Source of the DNA: Cetorhinus maximus
Lineage: Eukaryota
Reading direction: 5' to 3'
Length of the DNA: 64,000 nt
NCBI RefSeq assembly: GCF_964194155.1
Contig: NC_135888.1
Span: forward strand, 99,820,001-99,884,000
Shown piece by piece: positions 12,911-25,988 of this stretch (its first letter is position 1; every line of letters begins with the position of its first letter). The notes below the pieces were generated by a model. That model saw nothing but the letters and a program-made list of their open reading frames with translations. It was not told where the DNA came from and ran no database searches. The translations under genes and the position numbers were made by a program.

Positions 12911-13108
12911 ATTGTGGAAATTGTTGCTCTTCCATTGGTGTAGAAATTGGATGGTAGCACTGCCAAAATTACAGGGGAGATACTTACTTCTCCCAATCCA
13001 GCCATGCCACCCTGAAAGGGATCTACCACAAGTTGGCTAGAGCACACACCCATTTCAGTGGTTGGTCCTTTTTAATATGCAAATTGGCTCAATAGGACCC
13101 CAATTGTC

Positions 13109-14698
13109 AGGCAGAATTTTCTCAAGTTTGCACTAAGTGCAGTAGCGGGTGGGTAAAATGACGTTTTACCCACTGGCCGCGATGGCAGGTAACATCCTGA
13201 ATCACTTCATTTTTTATGCACTCCCGGGAAATACGCCGTTTCGATGGCGGGCGGGCTCTCATTCACCTGCCCGCCATCACCCCACCGCTGCATCACGCCG
13301 GGCACCATATTTGAAGTCCAGCCGTAAGCACACATCGCAGTGCCTCCAACTCACCACTGCTGCACAGAAGACAAGGCCCCGATACTGAAGAAGACTTCAG
13401 CCCCCAGGTTCAGCGACATGACTCCCGAGCGTCTTTTGGATGCCATGGAGGCCCACTGGGATGTCCTCTACCCTCGCCCTGGCCACAGAATGGGCAGCAA
13501 CAGCACTAGCTCGGCTTGGGAGGCGGTGGCAGTCAGTGGTCAGTGCCAACGCCCTGCAAAAGAGGACAGCCATCCAGTGCCGCAAAAGGATGAATGATCT
13601 CCTCCATTCCACCAAGGCAAGTCACTCATCTAATCATTCCACTCACACACTCACAAGCCCATCACATATCCACAGGGCCCACACTCACTGCCGGTTCAAG
13701 GGACATCACCATTCACTGTCTCACACTCACCGTCATTGTCCTCATCCCATCCATGGGACCACTCAACACCCACAGAGGCCAGGCATACTTGTCATCTGGC
13801 CTGGCAAGCATCCTGCTTACACTTTCTCCATCTCTATCCACGCAGGACAAGCTGGCACACAACAAGAGAGAGAGGTCGCAGACTGGTGGCAGAATGCCCG
13901 AAATCATGGTCCTCACGGACTTTGAAAACAGAGCCATCCAGCTGGCCGGTGAGGATCTGGACTGGTCCTGTGCTGATGTTGAGGTCAGCGTTGCTCTACC
14001 AAGTGAGGATCCAGCGGTGCAACATCCATCAGATAGCCATACCGTGAGTGATGTGTCCTCTTTCACAGGCCACTGCCATGCACTAATTATCTCTCCTTGC
14101 TTTTGCAGGCACATCTGCCAAAAAGCCGACAGAGTCCATGACCCAGGGGCTCCAATCAAGTCCCGAAGAAATCTCTGAAGAGGAATCTGAAGGCACCATC
14201 CCTGAAGTCCCATCACAGCGCTCATCCACACCCTCCACCTGCCCTCAGGGGCAGGGTTTCACTTGCCCCCTGATCCCCCCCCCTCCGCTACCAGTTGGGC
14301 AGGGTGACACTTAACCCCGAACCCCCGACGCCCCTGAAGCCTGCAAAGTAACAGGCGACCCTGGCGAGCTCTGCAGAACATTGCTGTGTACTCACATCTA
14401 GTTCACCCAAAGTGCAGGCTGCCAAGTGCACCTCGCCTGTGTGCTGTTGTGAAACACGCCAACGTGGACGGATGATCCAGCGGGGGTGCAAGAGCCTGGC
14501 GGGATGGCCTGATAATGATATGCTGATGTATTACAATGAGGTTCCTGATGACCAATGGCAGGAAACGCGGCCCCACCTTCAGTGGGCTGAGCGGACAATC
14601 GCAACCTGCCTTCCCGCCGTCGTGAAACCGATTGCGCCATATTGTCCGCTCATGACAACTATCACGCCCGCTGCCAGCAGGCACAGAAAATTCCATCT
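13109..14698 (+). mobile_element. Internally deleted Harbinger element A (Myb/SANT gene 5' part plus right end)
   Basis: TIRs AGGCAGAATTTT / AAAATTCCATCT, TSD GTC/GTC; encodes APRFSD..LLDAMEAHWDVLYP..AWEAVA..QCRKRMNDLL and DKLAHNKRERSQTGG, with frameshifts. Confidence 0.88.
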
Positions 14699-15204
14699 GT
14701 CATTTGGGAGACAACTGAATGGAGTTCATCTTCAGCTAGTCCATAGATTGACAGTTAAAATCTGCCCCAAAGGGCTTCGACTGAGAGCTGAAGCAATAAT
14801 CTATTTACCTACCTGTTATTACGTACTCTAATAGTTTTAGGAATGGGGGCAGTGGTATGTCTTAACTTGATGAGTGTGCATCCATCTAATGCCTTGCACA
14901 ATGGTGAGGTGGATATATTCCATGTTATAGGCAACAGATTTACCTATGCTATCCTATTTTATAAATCTCATTGCTATCATTTAAGATGATTAGTTTTGGA
15001 AGAAATTGCATTTTCTCTCAAGGTCTACCAACATGAACAAATACTGACAATGTTATTTATTCTTTAACAGGTTAACATTAGGTATAATATTAGAAAAGCT
15101 ACTACTACTGTTCAATACAAGTATGCTTGGTTTTTGACAAGCAGAATAACTGCACAACTGTTAAAATACCACCCCCTCCCCCAACTCCAAACACAGACAC
15201 ACAT

Positions 15205-15880
15205 TTCAGTAATTACAGCCAGGGTTTTCAAAGGGCCGTGGGGTCGGGACCCAGTGTGGGTGACTGTTGTAGATTGCAATCTTGGAGGTCGTGTTGGGAT
15301 CCTGATGCCTCCGGGAAAGTCTCTAATTTTCAATTGGCTGCTGGGTGGGGGAATGGGGGGGTGGTGGTAGTGGGGAAGGCCCTCACTTCCATTTAATGGA
15401 CCCTTGAGTTCCTTAAGGAACATGTTAAGGGGCCTGACTGAAAAGGATTGAGAACAATTTTCCCAGCACCCTTGGACAGTTTTGTGCAGATTAGTTCACA
15501 TGTTCATTGTATGGCTTGGATAAGTTGCTTTGCACAACTTTTAAAATTTAGTCAGTGGATCCAATGAATGCCGGCTACTTTTACCTGTCTCATTCATGGT
15601 CACTTGCAATTGCGTTCCACCTTGAGGAGCTGCCTGCTCTAATCGGCAAGGCAGTCCCCAACATGGCTAGCACCTGTTGTTGCTGCTGGCGTGAGGGAGG
15701 CAGCTCCCACTTTCTGAAAGTGCTCAGCATCTCTAATTGGACAGCGAACTTACCTCCTGGTCAATTAGGCCATACGTATTTGAAGACTGTGTCACAAGTG
15801 CGATGCAGCTCGGGTGTGGAGTCAGGACCTGGAATTCACCCTGGTGTTGAGTTCCCAACCTTGCATTCAAAATAAGGCCC
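15205..15880. mobile_element. Degenerate Harbinger MITE fragments
   Basis: gccagggtttt start and aaaataaggccc end; internal aattggc/cttaag motifs shared with other MITEs. Confidence 0.45.
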
Positions 15881-17184
15881 TGCAGAACATACTATAATTT
15901 TTCAACTGGAGCAACTTATCTATGTTTCCAAACTTTGTCTTAATGTTCAATGACTCATCCTTACCAGAAAAACAAGGCTTTCACTGAAGTGACTATTTGA
16001 AAATGATCTCTCAGTCTCTGGATCCTGCTGTCCCTGAAATAGAATGAGTTCATAAATTAAGGTTTATCATTTTCATGAATACTGCAGAATGTTAACAGCA
16101 ACAGAGTGGGAAAAAATAATTTGGTCTCTGGGGATAGTTAAGTGCATTGGTGTAAATGTTCTGCTACAAAATATGGCAAACAGAGGAAAGGACAAAGAAA
16201 GCTGAGGGAATGGGCATTCAGATGATCCATCTGTTATCACCCTTAATAACATCAGGTCACAGCCATGTGCAGAGGTGCCAAAAACACAATCTTCTTTCAA
16301 TTATTACCTTCACGTCAATCACTAACATTACCCATGCTCCTAAACAGTGAATAGTCAAGGATTTGATTTTTGTACATGCTGCTGAAATTGTCTCTGCTCG
16401 TATTTGTGTTTCAGTTCTTCAGAATACAGCAACGTTTCTTTTAGATTGCATTCATAATTATATTTTTATCAGGATTTAGACCAATTTTAGCTCAGATAGA
16501 ATAAGGCAGTTGTTTGGGATCTTATTGTATTTCCACTGCACTCATGATCACTGTTAAAATTTATGTGCACTTTGTTTCTACTGGAATTTTAATGAAAACT
16601 ATAAATCCAAAATTCCTAGTGATTGCACTGGCCCCTTCACCAACCGAACCATATTTCCACCAACTCCCTGAGCATGAAAATCAATCAGAATTCTTTTTTA
16701 CTGGCCGTTTGCTTCCCTGGCTGAACCTCACAAGTGGGACTCTTAACTGCCCATTTAACAGACAGTATTAACCACCTCAATGGCTGTACTGTGCTCCACA
16801 GCTATGCCAAGCACAGTGAATGGGAACTTCAGTTGAGGGAGTCCACATTATAATTTTTCCCCACTGGCATTATTTGTAAGGTATTTGCTAAACTTCCATC
16901 CTTTACGGGGCAAATTAGAAACTCTTATAAATGGGTTTTTGCCATTCTTCTAGGCAGTTCCAACGGTTTACCACCATAGTTGCAATGGAGGATTAGTTGT
17001 AGCCCAAAGGAATTTTAATCTCAATATAATTTTCCTCTGCAGTCATACTCTCTGAATATAAAATTTTAAATATACTGATTAGAGTTTGAGATGTCAAGTT
17101 TCTATCATTAATTTAGGAAGAAGAGAAAGTTCACAAGACTTATGTTAAAAATAAACATTTTCATGACAAAATAACCATGAAAGT

Positions 17185-17340
17185 TAAAACAGAAGATGTT
17201 GTAAGTACTCAGCGGAGATGGCAGCATCTGTGGTGATAAACAACAACCTTTCATCAGAACTCAGGTGCTGCCAAATTGCTCCGTATTTCCAGCATTTTCT
17301 GCTTTTATTTCAGATTTCCAGCAGAGTATTTTGCTTTTGT
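17185..17340. repeat. Penelope-derived short repeat (inverted pair, old)
   Basis: actcagc..ggcagcatctgtgg..tttcatcagaact, then tgctgcc..tatttccagcattttctgctttttatttcagatttccagca. Confidence 0.55.
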
Positions 17341-17689
17341 AATTGTGTAAGTATCTAGTTAGTAACAGGCTAAGGCACGGAGAGAAAATTATATGGACCA
17401 TGAACTGTTGGAACCATGGAAATGTTCTGTCAAAGAAGCCAACGTGTCAAGAATATGAAATGGACAACATTATTCTGATATTTGAAATTCTGAAATTCCC
17501 AATTGCTATTCCCTTGCTTATGATTTTAATGGAAGATGAGAAGCAGTGCAGAATGGAAGAATGAAGGATGAGGCAACATTTGAGGAGGATGATGTGCCTT
17601 ATAAGGTATGGCATCACCCCACCCCCCAAAAAAAAATTTACAGGTCACACAGCCAGATGAAGGTATTAGACAGAAGCTCTATGTCAGAA

Positions 17690-18893
17690 GAGTCCATGAC
17701 AATATTAGTAGGAGGGCCCACCGTACAGTTCTAGTGGAGACAAAGTCACATCTTCACATGGAGGGAATGTTCCACTGTATTATGTGGCACTACAACTGTG
17801 CTAAATGGGATAGATTCAGTACAGGTCTATCAGCTCAAAACTGAGCATCCATGAGGTGCTGTGGGCCATCAACAGCAGCAGAATTGTATTCAACCATAAT
17901 CTTAACCTCATGGCTTGGCATATCCCTCACTCAACAATTACCATCAAACCAAGGGATCAGCCCTAGTTCAATGAGGAGTGCAGGAAAACAAGTCAGGAGC
18001 AGCACTAGGCATACCTAAATATGAGGTGTCAACCTGGTGAAGCTGCAACACTAGACTACATGCAAGCTAAACAGAGGAAACAGTATGCGATAGACAGAGC
18101 TAAGTGATGCCACAACCAACGGATCAGATCAAAACTCTGCAGTCCTGCCATATCCAGTTGTGAACGATGGTGGACAGCTAAACAACTTACCAGAGGAGGA
18201 GGCTCCACAAATATTCCCAACCTCAATGATGGGGAGCCCAGCACTTAAGTGCAAACGACAAGGCCAAAGCGCTTGCAACCATCTTCAGCCAGAAGTGCTG
18301 AGTGGATGATCCATCTCAGCCTCATCCTGAGGTTCCCAGCATCACAAATACCAGTCTTCAGCCAATTCTCCATACAATCTGATTCACTCCACATATTAAG
18401 AAATGGCTGAATGCACGGAATGCAACAAAGGCTATGGTACAGCTGGCTATGCTAACATGCCAGCAGTACCACTGAAAACTTGTGCTCCAGAACTAGCTGT
18501 GCCCCTAGCCAAGCTGTTCCAGTACAGCTACAACACTGGCATCTACCTGACAATGTGGAAATTTGCCCAGGCATGCCCTATCCACAAAAAAACAGGACAA
18601 ATCCATTCTGGCCATTTACCACCTCATCAGTCTAATTACCTGCCATCACTTTGCTAATGAGTGAGCTATCAACAGGGCTATCAAGTGATACCTACGTAGA
18701 AATAATCTGCTCCTAGTAATAATCTACTCATCGATGCTCAGTTTAGGTTCAGCCATAGGCACTTGGTTCCAAACCTTCAAACATAGACAAAAGGGCTGAA
18801 TTCCAGAGGCAAGGTGAGAGTGACTGCTCTTGACATCAAGGGAGCATTTGACCAAATGTGGTATCAAGGAGCCAAAGCAAAATTGAAGTCAAA
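17690..18893 (+). mobile_element. CR1/L2-group LINE (family 2) ORF2 fragment, cut off at the Harbinger B junction
   Basis: End of endonuclease (RRAHRTVLVETK), WHYNCAKWDRF, LKTCAPELAVPLAKLFQYSYNTGIY, ALDIKGAFDQMW; many stops. Confidence 0.85.
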
Positions 18894-19132
18894 GGGTGGA
18901 ATCGTCCCAGACTTGCACTACGTCAATAAAGACGTTTTACCCACCTGCCACAATGGCAGGTTTTCGTGCTGTATAATCCTCTTCCCGCCTCATAAATTAT
19001 GCAGTTACGGGAAACACGCTGGATCACTGGTGGCCGGCCTCCGATTTGCCCGCTACGCCAGGCGCCATACTTAAACTGCAGCCACGTGCACAGTTCTCAA
19101 TGCTTACAATCCAGGACTGCTCCGTTGAAGAC

Positions 19133-20771
19133 AGGGCCCCTAAAGCCAAGAAGAGTGCATCCCCCTGATTCAGTGGCGCATCCCTGGGACACCTTCTGGA
19201 CATCGCGGAGGCCCGCCGCAATGTCCTCTACCCCCACTCTGGCCTCAGGAGGCCCATCAGTCTCACCACGCTGGCTTGGGAGGTGGTGGCAGAGTTGGTC
19301 AGTGCCAACACTGCACACAAAAGAGGTCAGCCATCCAGTGAAGAAAATGGATGAATGACCTCATCCATGCTGCCAGGGTAAGGCAACCATCTCATCAATC
19401 TCAACTCACCCACTCACAAGCCCATTACATATTCGGTGGCATCTCACTCACTGCCAGCTCAAGGGACATCACCACTCACTCTCTCATTCATACCCTCACA
19501 TCTCCATCTGGTCTCATCTCTTCTGGAGACTGCTTCCTTATCTTGTCCAAGGCTCCACTCAGCACACACACATGCATGCCTGGCATCCTTCTCATTTGGC
19601 CTGGCATGCGCCTTGCTTACACTGTCCCCATCTGTCTTTATGCAGGACAAGGTCACACACAATCAACGGTAGAGGTCCCAGACTGGGGGTGGAGTGCCAA
19701 ACATTAAGGTCCTCACTCTGTTCGAGAGTAGCATGTTGGAGCTGGCCGGAGAGGATGTGTACCATTCCTGTGGTGACAGTGAGGTTGGCGGCGAATGTGA
19801 GGATCTCCACTTTCTGTCTAAACACATCTGACACATCACCCTCAGGCAACCTTGACCCTGACTCCAGCACCCAGAGTGCCTCGGGTGAGGACCCTGAGGG
19901 TAGCACCGTTGAATACCCGTCATGATGCTCACCCACACCCTCCACCAGTGCAGCGACACACACTTCAGTGGGACCTAGCTGTAGAGCAGCCTCAGGGTCA
20001 CAATTTGGTGAGCACAGCACACAATCTGTTCCACAGCAGGTGGAGGCAGCGACATCCTTGGTTGCCATGACTCAGAGGACTGCTGGAGGCAAGGAATTTA
20101 CTAACTCTGAGTCAGACGATGGGCCTCTGGACTCCACCAATCAGTTGGTGGAGCTGCAAAGACAATCATGGGAGCATCAGGAAGGGATGGCTGGTGCACT
20201 CCTCAGATTGCAAGGGATGATGGAGAAGTCCGTCCGCCTTACCTCAAGGTGTTTGCATCATCATGCTGATGTACCGAGGTCAACACTGGCAGGATGGCGT
20301 CCGCCATGGAGAGCTTGGTCCAGGACATCAGTCCTGCACTGTTGCATGGGCTGACCTCCATCGTTGGCATCATTGTTGGCCTCCAACAGTGTCAACGTGA
20401 GAGGGATGTGGGGCAGCTCGACCTCACTCCAGCTTCCTCTTCTCCTCAAGGAGACAGCCAGGGGTCTTTGGGCACCCTTTGGGAGGAGGACCAGCAGCTC
20501 AGCACCCCAGGGCTATCCACCAGGTAACCCCTGGAATGTCCAGCCTATCCAAATCCCCTCTTCCTGACCCCTGCAGCTCCAGCTCCACAGGCTGAGGAGG
20601 GTGCAGATGGCCTACAGCAGGACACCCAAAGCAAGCCGGGACCCTCCAAGTCTCATCCCTCCGGAGGATGCACGACAAAGTCATCACAGATAGGCTGCCT
20701 TCACCTCTGCTGTGGAAGTCAGGGGAGCATCAAGATGTAGCGGCAGGGTTAGGACGGTTAAGAAGATGTAG
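19133..20771 (+). pseudogene. Harbinger Myb/SANT DNA-binding gene, spliced, disrupted
   Basis: Exon 1 ends AAR|gtaagg (donor 19378), acceptor tttatgcag (19645), DKVTHNQR..QTGGG; ends GRVRTVKKM-TAG followed by AATAAA at ~20826; colinear with 61696-63420. Confidence 0.85.
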
Positions 20772-20861
20772 TTGCACAGCCTGGGCATGGGTGTTAAACA
20801 CTAGTACATAATGTTCACTATTATAAATAAACTGCCAAGAACGTCTCCTTGCTTATGGATC

Positions 20862-21735
20862 TGTCAGGAAGATATAATAATTTCCATAATATTATTGGAA
20901 TTTATTGTATAATAGAGTAATAGCGGGATGTGTCTATGTGTGTTTCTGTGTGAGTGTGTGTGAGATTTAATTAAATTCAAGGCAGCTAGTCTGGGTGCTT
21001 TAATGTAAGAAGAGAAGTTGAAATGTTAATTAGGTAAACATGGGGAAGTTTTAGAATGTGAAGCGTAAAGGGAACATTTGAATTTTTAAACAAACTATAG
21101 TGGTTTGAATTCAAAGGAGGGGGTGTAATGTATATCTAGCCAGCAGAAGTAGTAAGAAATAGTGTATTTATTGGTGGAATTGGTACTATTATAGATTATT
21201 TTATTAGTTGAGAGGTAAAGCTCAAAAGACATAGTGAAACAATGGGAATTTGCATTCAAATGGGAAACTATGTATAATGGAGAGAAGGCTGTTTATAAGG
21301 GAAGCAGTTTAAGATCCAAAAAGTGTGAAAAGCCTGCAGCCTGTATGTACCAAACTGCTGCCTCCAGGGACTGAAGTGAAGAGAACTCACTTTGAATCCG
21401 ACTGTTCAGGGTATCATTTACTTTGCCTGGGTCTTTTAAAATCTATGTGTCTTACTGTTGCCTTAACGAAAGTGTAACCGAGAGTTAAAGTAATTAGGGA
21501 ATTTAGAAGTTATTATAGTAGTAATTTGTAGACATATGTATGCTTACAATCTTTTCTTTTATTAATAAATGTTTAATTTAGGTTTATAATAACCTCTTTA
21601 GACTCAGTGGTCTTCTACTACTGAATTCAAAGCCCAATTCTCAAAACATACAATTGAAAATTAGTTGTGACAGTTATTTCAAGTTTCCCTCTGATTTTGA
21701 ACAGCTCAGCATTTACCACCTGCTGTGTCATAACA
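20862..21735 (+). mobile_element. Solo LTR inside Harbinger B
   Basis: TGTCAGGA...TCATAACA termini; 4-bp flanks GATC/GCTC; TATA-like (21273) and AATAAA (21564) signals; absent from the homologous site in copy F (~63490). Confidence 0.8.
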
Positions 21736-22354
21736 GCTCCTTGTTATGATGAGCAGTGTTTGTGTCACTCAGAAGTGAAGCCTTGGTTCCTGCACAAGAT
21801 AAAGGCAGGTGTCTCAGTCCAGGACCTCTTCCCTGTGTAGTGTGCAACCTTCAGAGCAAAGTGATGGTCTGGCTTCATACTCACTGGACACATCAGTGAT
21901 GCCTGCACCTCGATGGTGATTGTTGTTGCTGCCAGAATGTTGTGGGCAGCTGTCACAGAGTTCCATCATTCTCTCTGCTATTTGAGGTGGGGCTGGCCCC
22001 CCATCTCTTCAGCATCTGTTTCCGGTAACGCTGTGCTCCTGAGGGACAGATGCTAAAGGCTGACAAAGGATCAGGTACACTTAAAGTTTCAAGGCTGCAT
22101 CTCCATGATATGACCCTGATCACTGAGCGCAAGCAAGATGCCCTCAGCCAGGCAGGATTCAGACATTCACAGAGGCAATGTGAAGATCTATGTCCTTACT
22201 GCATATCATCATCATCCTCCTGGAATCTAGCAACTATTAGGGCCTCTGCTGCACCTCCATCCAATGAGCCTGAGCACTGAGGGTACGTGCGCTCACATCA
22301 GCCACACAGGAGTCAAACATTCACAGATGCAAGGTAAGGATGTCAGGACATTCC

Positions 22355-23623
22355 TCACTGCATCTCATCAGCATCCTCCATGGATTGTGCAACTATGGGG
22401 GCTTCCCGAGCGCAGCTGCCTCGTCTGGCCAATTCGATGGTCTCATTGTTGGCAACCTTACCTTCAAGGACCTCATCACTGTCATCCCCTTCAAGGCCTC
22501 CTCATGGGAAAAGGTGTGCAGCTCTTCCATCTCCTCCTCAGCCAGGTCCCCCCCCCCACCACCACCACCATCCCCCACCCCCACCATTGCGTTGTCAGGT
22601 TGTGTAGCATGCAGCAAGCTACAATGATCCCTCTGGGGACTGTATTACAGTGCTCAACCAGACCTGTCAGGCACCAGAAGCTCATTTACAAGATGCCTAT
22701 CATTTGCTGTACTAAAGTCCGGGTTGCAGCATGAGCCTCGTTATACTGTTGCTCTGCTGCAGTCTGAGGCCGCCACACGGGCATCGTCAGCCACGTCCTC
22801 TGTGGGTGGCCCTTGTCCCCGAACAGCCAACCCTGCAGCCTCTGTGGACCCTGGAAGATGTCAGGGATCCATGACTTACTAAGGATGTAGGGCTAAGGAT
22901 GTAGGAATTGTGGACATTCCCTGGGAATTGTGCGTAGACCTGTAGGATGCGGGTGTGGTGGTCACAGACCAGCTGAACATTCAAGTGGAATCCCTTGCAG
23001 TTGACATAGTTGACTGCTTGTTGCCACAGAGATTTAAGTGCCATATGAGTGCAGTTGATGGCACCCATGCACCTCTGGAAAACCAGAGATCTGTGCAAAT
23101 CCCAGAGCTCTTGCTTCTTGGCTTGCTTGATCCCGGGTGTTCTGTGCCTTCATGAAGATGGCATCCATGACCTCCTGGATACTCTTGTGCATGGAGCTTT
23201 GTGAGATCCCATACAGGTCTCCTGTGGAGCCCTGGAAGGAGCCACTGGCATTATATTTGAGCGCTGGTGTCACTTTCATGCCCACTGGCAGTGGATGTCA
23301 CCATGTCACCATGGCACCAAGTCCTGCAGCAGGTGGCATATGTGACCGACCAGTTCCCGAGACATGCAATCTTCGGCAACACTGGCTCTCGGTCATCTGC
23401 AAAAATGACAGAGGCCGTCTATAGACCCTGGGTCTAACGAGGTGCCTACAAGCGACGGCTCTCTGTGGATCTTCAGCTATGTGCGCAGCAGGCCTTGCCG
23501 CCCCTTCATCTTGAGGGCGGTGCTCCTCCCTTTTCTGAGCCAGGCACCTCCGCCACTCTCTTCTTCTTCTTCTCTGCTCCCTGTAAGCCATGAGGCTTAA
23601 ACCACTAAATCACCAGACTCCAT
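22355..23623 (-). pseudogene. Harbinger (HARBI1-like) DDE transposase, frameshifted
   Basis: RPRVYRR..QCCRRL, KVTPALKYNASGSFQGSTGDLYGISQS, GAINCTHMAL, NVQLVCDH, FPGNVHNSYIL, IIVACCMLHN, acidic tail. Confidence 0.9.
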
Positions 23624-24518
23624 GATCCTGATGTTCTCCTCCTGCAAGATCAAAGAGAGAGACACATGGGTTAGCATATGTCCTAAGAACCTTGCTTGCT
23701 TAAGTCTAAAGGCCCCAACACACATGCCTGAGAGTGCTGGTCACCATTTGGATGGCCAATGTGTAGTGCACTTCATGGCTGTCCAATACCCCACCCACCT
23801 ACGTCCCACTACACTTGACCGATTAGCCGCAGCCTCAGCCACTGGACTGCATGCTGTGATCTCAGCTCAGGTGCAGGCATTCTCCTAACCTGCACTGCAA
23901 GGCTGCGTTGTTAGCTTGAACCAGGAAGGATACTGGTCCAAACCTGAATAAAAACATTGCAAGGGGTTCTAAGCATCTCCACCAGTGACTGCACCATGGC
24001 ACCTTTCGCAAGGGGATTCTACAACTTGGCCAATCTGCCGCTCCTTAAAACACACATTAATTTGTAGTCTGCGCCCAAGGGATAAAAAGTTCTGGAGCAT
24101 TTGGTGGCACATTCACCTTTTGCATTGCTTGAGTGGGCAGACAAGCTTCAGAAGCCTGACTCCAAGCATGTCCATGGAGCTGCTGCTGCTGCAGAAGAAC
24201 ATTCACTTTTGACAAGCTTTTCCAAGCGTGTGGCCTCTCCCCTCACCCGGCCTCCCCCATTCCCCACCCACCCTCTTCCACCGGCCTCACCTGCACTGGA
24301 GCCCTTGCCTTGGCATCGCACTGAAAGCCAGCCAGGAAAAAGCGATTTGCCTGTGCCCTCTGACCTGAATGCATGGTGCCACTTCCTTGATGTCCTATGG
24401 GTAATGATCGCGAGCGCTGCACAGGGTTGTGTGCACACATCTCCAAGTCTCCCTCGAAGTTCAGGTGGCCAGGTGCACGCCTTTTAAAGGTCGTGAAGCA
24501 CGCTGTTCTGAAGTCACG

Positions 24519-25228
24519 GGGCTGAATTTTCCACTCGTTGGGGGGGAAGTAAATGGGCAGGCATGTACGGGCATGCTTCCAATCAGCGCCCCCAATCGGA
24601 GGTGTGGCGCCATTTTACATGGGCGGGCCAATTAAGGCCCACCCAGCGTGATGTCCGCACAGAAGCGCTATGCACTCCCTGTGCGGGCGGAGGGGTGGAA
24701 TCCCAAAATCGAGAGTGCGCTCTTTCGCGCATGTGCACGAAAGAGCGCACTCATCTCCCTGAGGCTGCATTTAGCCTCAGGGAGATCAGCTCTACATATA
24801 AAAAAGATAAAAATAGAAAAATAAAATTTCCCTTACATGTCCCCTCATGTGACAATGTCACATGAGTTGGGACATGTCCATAATTTTTACAAAATCTTTA
24901 TTAAAATTTTTTAAACCTACATGAAACATCATCCCGCCGGTGGATGAGGTTTCATGTTTTTTCTAATGCCCGTCTGGGCTCCTGGCCTGCCCACCAACCT
25001 TAAGGTTGGATGGGCAGGTCCTTCAATTACTTAATTGACTCTGTCAATGGCCTCAATTGGCCATTGACAGGTCGGCAGGCGCGCAGCTGATTTTGCTGTG
25101 CTCACGCCTTCCTGAAAATTTAAATTGGGCACGGTGATGTCGGGAGATCCCCCCGACATCACCACGCGTCATTTTATGCACCGGTGAGCGGGCCCTGCCC
25201 CCGCTCACCGACTCGTAAAATTCTGCCA
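24519..25228. mobile_element. Harbinger MITE (family 1) nested in element B
   Basis: TIRs GGGCTGAATTTT / AAAATTCTGCCA; flanks ACG/ATG; reverse-orientation relative of 10272-10943. Confidence 0.85.
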
Positions 25229-25988
25229 ATGATGTTGTGGACAGTAAATTTGATGTGAGGAGTTGATTCCAGCATGAGGGCACAATAATGAGATGCAAAT
25301 GCATTAAAATTACTTTCCCGATGGACTGCGGGAAATGTGGCCTACCATTGACAGGGGTGTCCCTGATTATTAAATCACTGAGCACAAATGCAGTGGAATC
25401 TAAACTTGAGCTAAGGAGTCCACAGATGTGAGGTCTTAAAGAAAGTTGCAGGGTTGTTTAGCCAAAAGCTAATGAAGGATTGCCATGAAATCTTGTACCT
25501 TGGAAGAGTAGCTAGAAAACTGAGGAGAAATTAATGTGAATTCTGGAGGGCTGCGGCATACCTTTGAGTTGGTCCCTGAAGAAGTGAATGAACCTTCAAG
25601 ACTTTGTAAGATAAGGGAACTCTTGGGGGGAAGCTAAGCTAAAACTGGATGCAAAGCATAGGTAGTTATAAACTATAGCAGTGTAGTGTTCAATGGTTTG
25701 ATTCCAAAGGAGAGTCATATTGGACTCAAAATGTTAACGATGTTTCTGTCTCCACAGATGCTGCCAGACCTGCTGAGTTTTTCCAGCATTTTTTGTTTTT
25801 ATTTCAGATCTTCAGCATCCTTAGTATTTTGCTTTTATTCTAATGGCTTGATTTGTCTGTGTCTGATTATGTTAGCCAATTCTCTGATCTATGTAAGTGT
25901 ACTTTATTGTTTAAGCGTGTGAGTGAAGCTAGAGAGCTAAGGAAAATTGAGGAAGTTCCAGAATGACCTGGGTTATGGCTGACATCAT

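Larger units (their letters stand above)
18894..25360 (+). mobile_element. Near full-length two-gene Harbinger element B (right end truncated), carrying a solo LTR and a MITE
   Basis: Left TIR GGGTGGAATCGT; Myb/SANT gene (+) and DDE transposase (-) converge; subterminal sequence resumes after the MITE at 25229. Confidence 0.88.

Noticed and set aside
24148-24438. Third ORF in Harbinger B
   Set aside because: No motif, crosses a likely splice donor, and no second copy in the window supports coding; more likely the transposase leader
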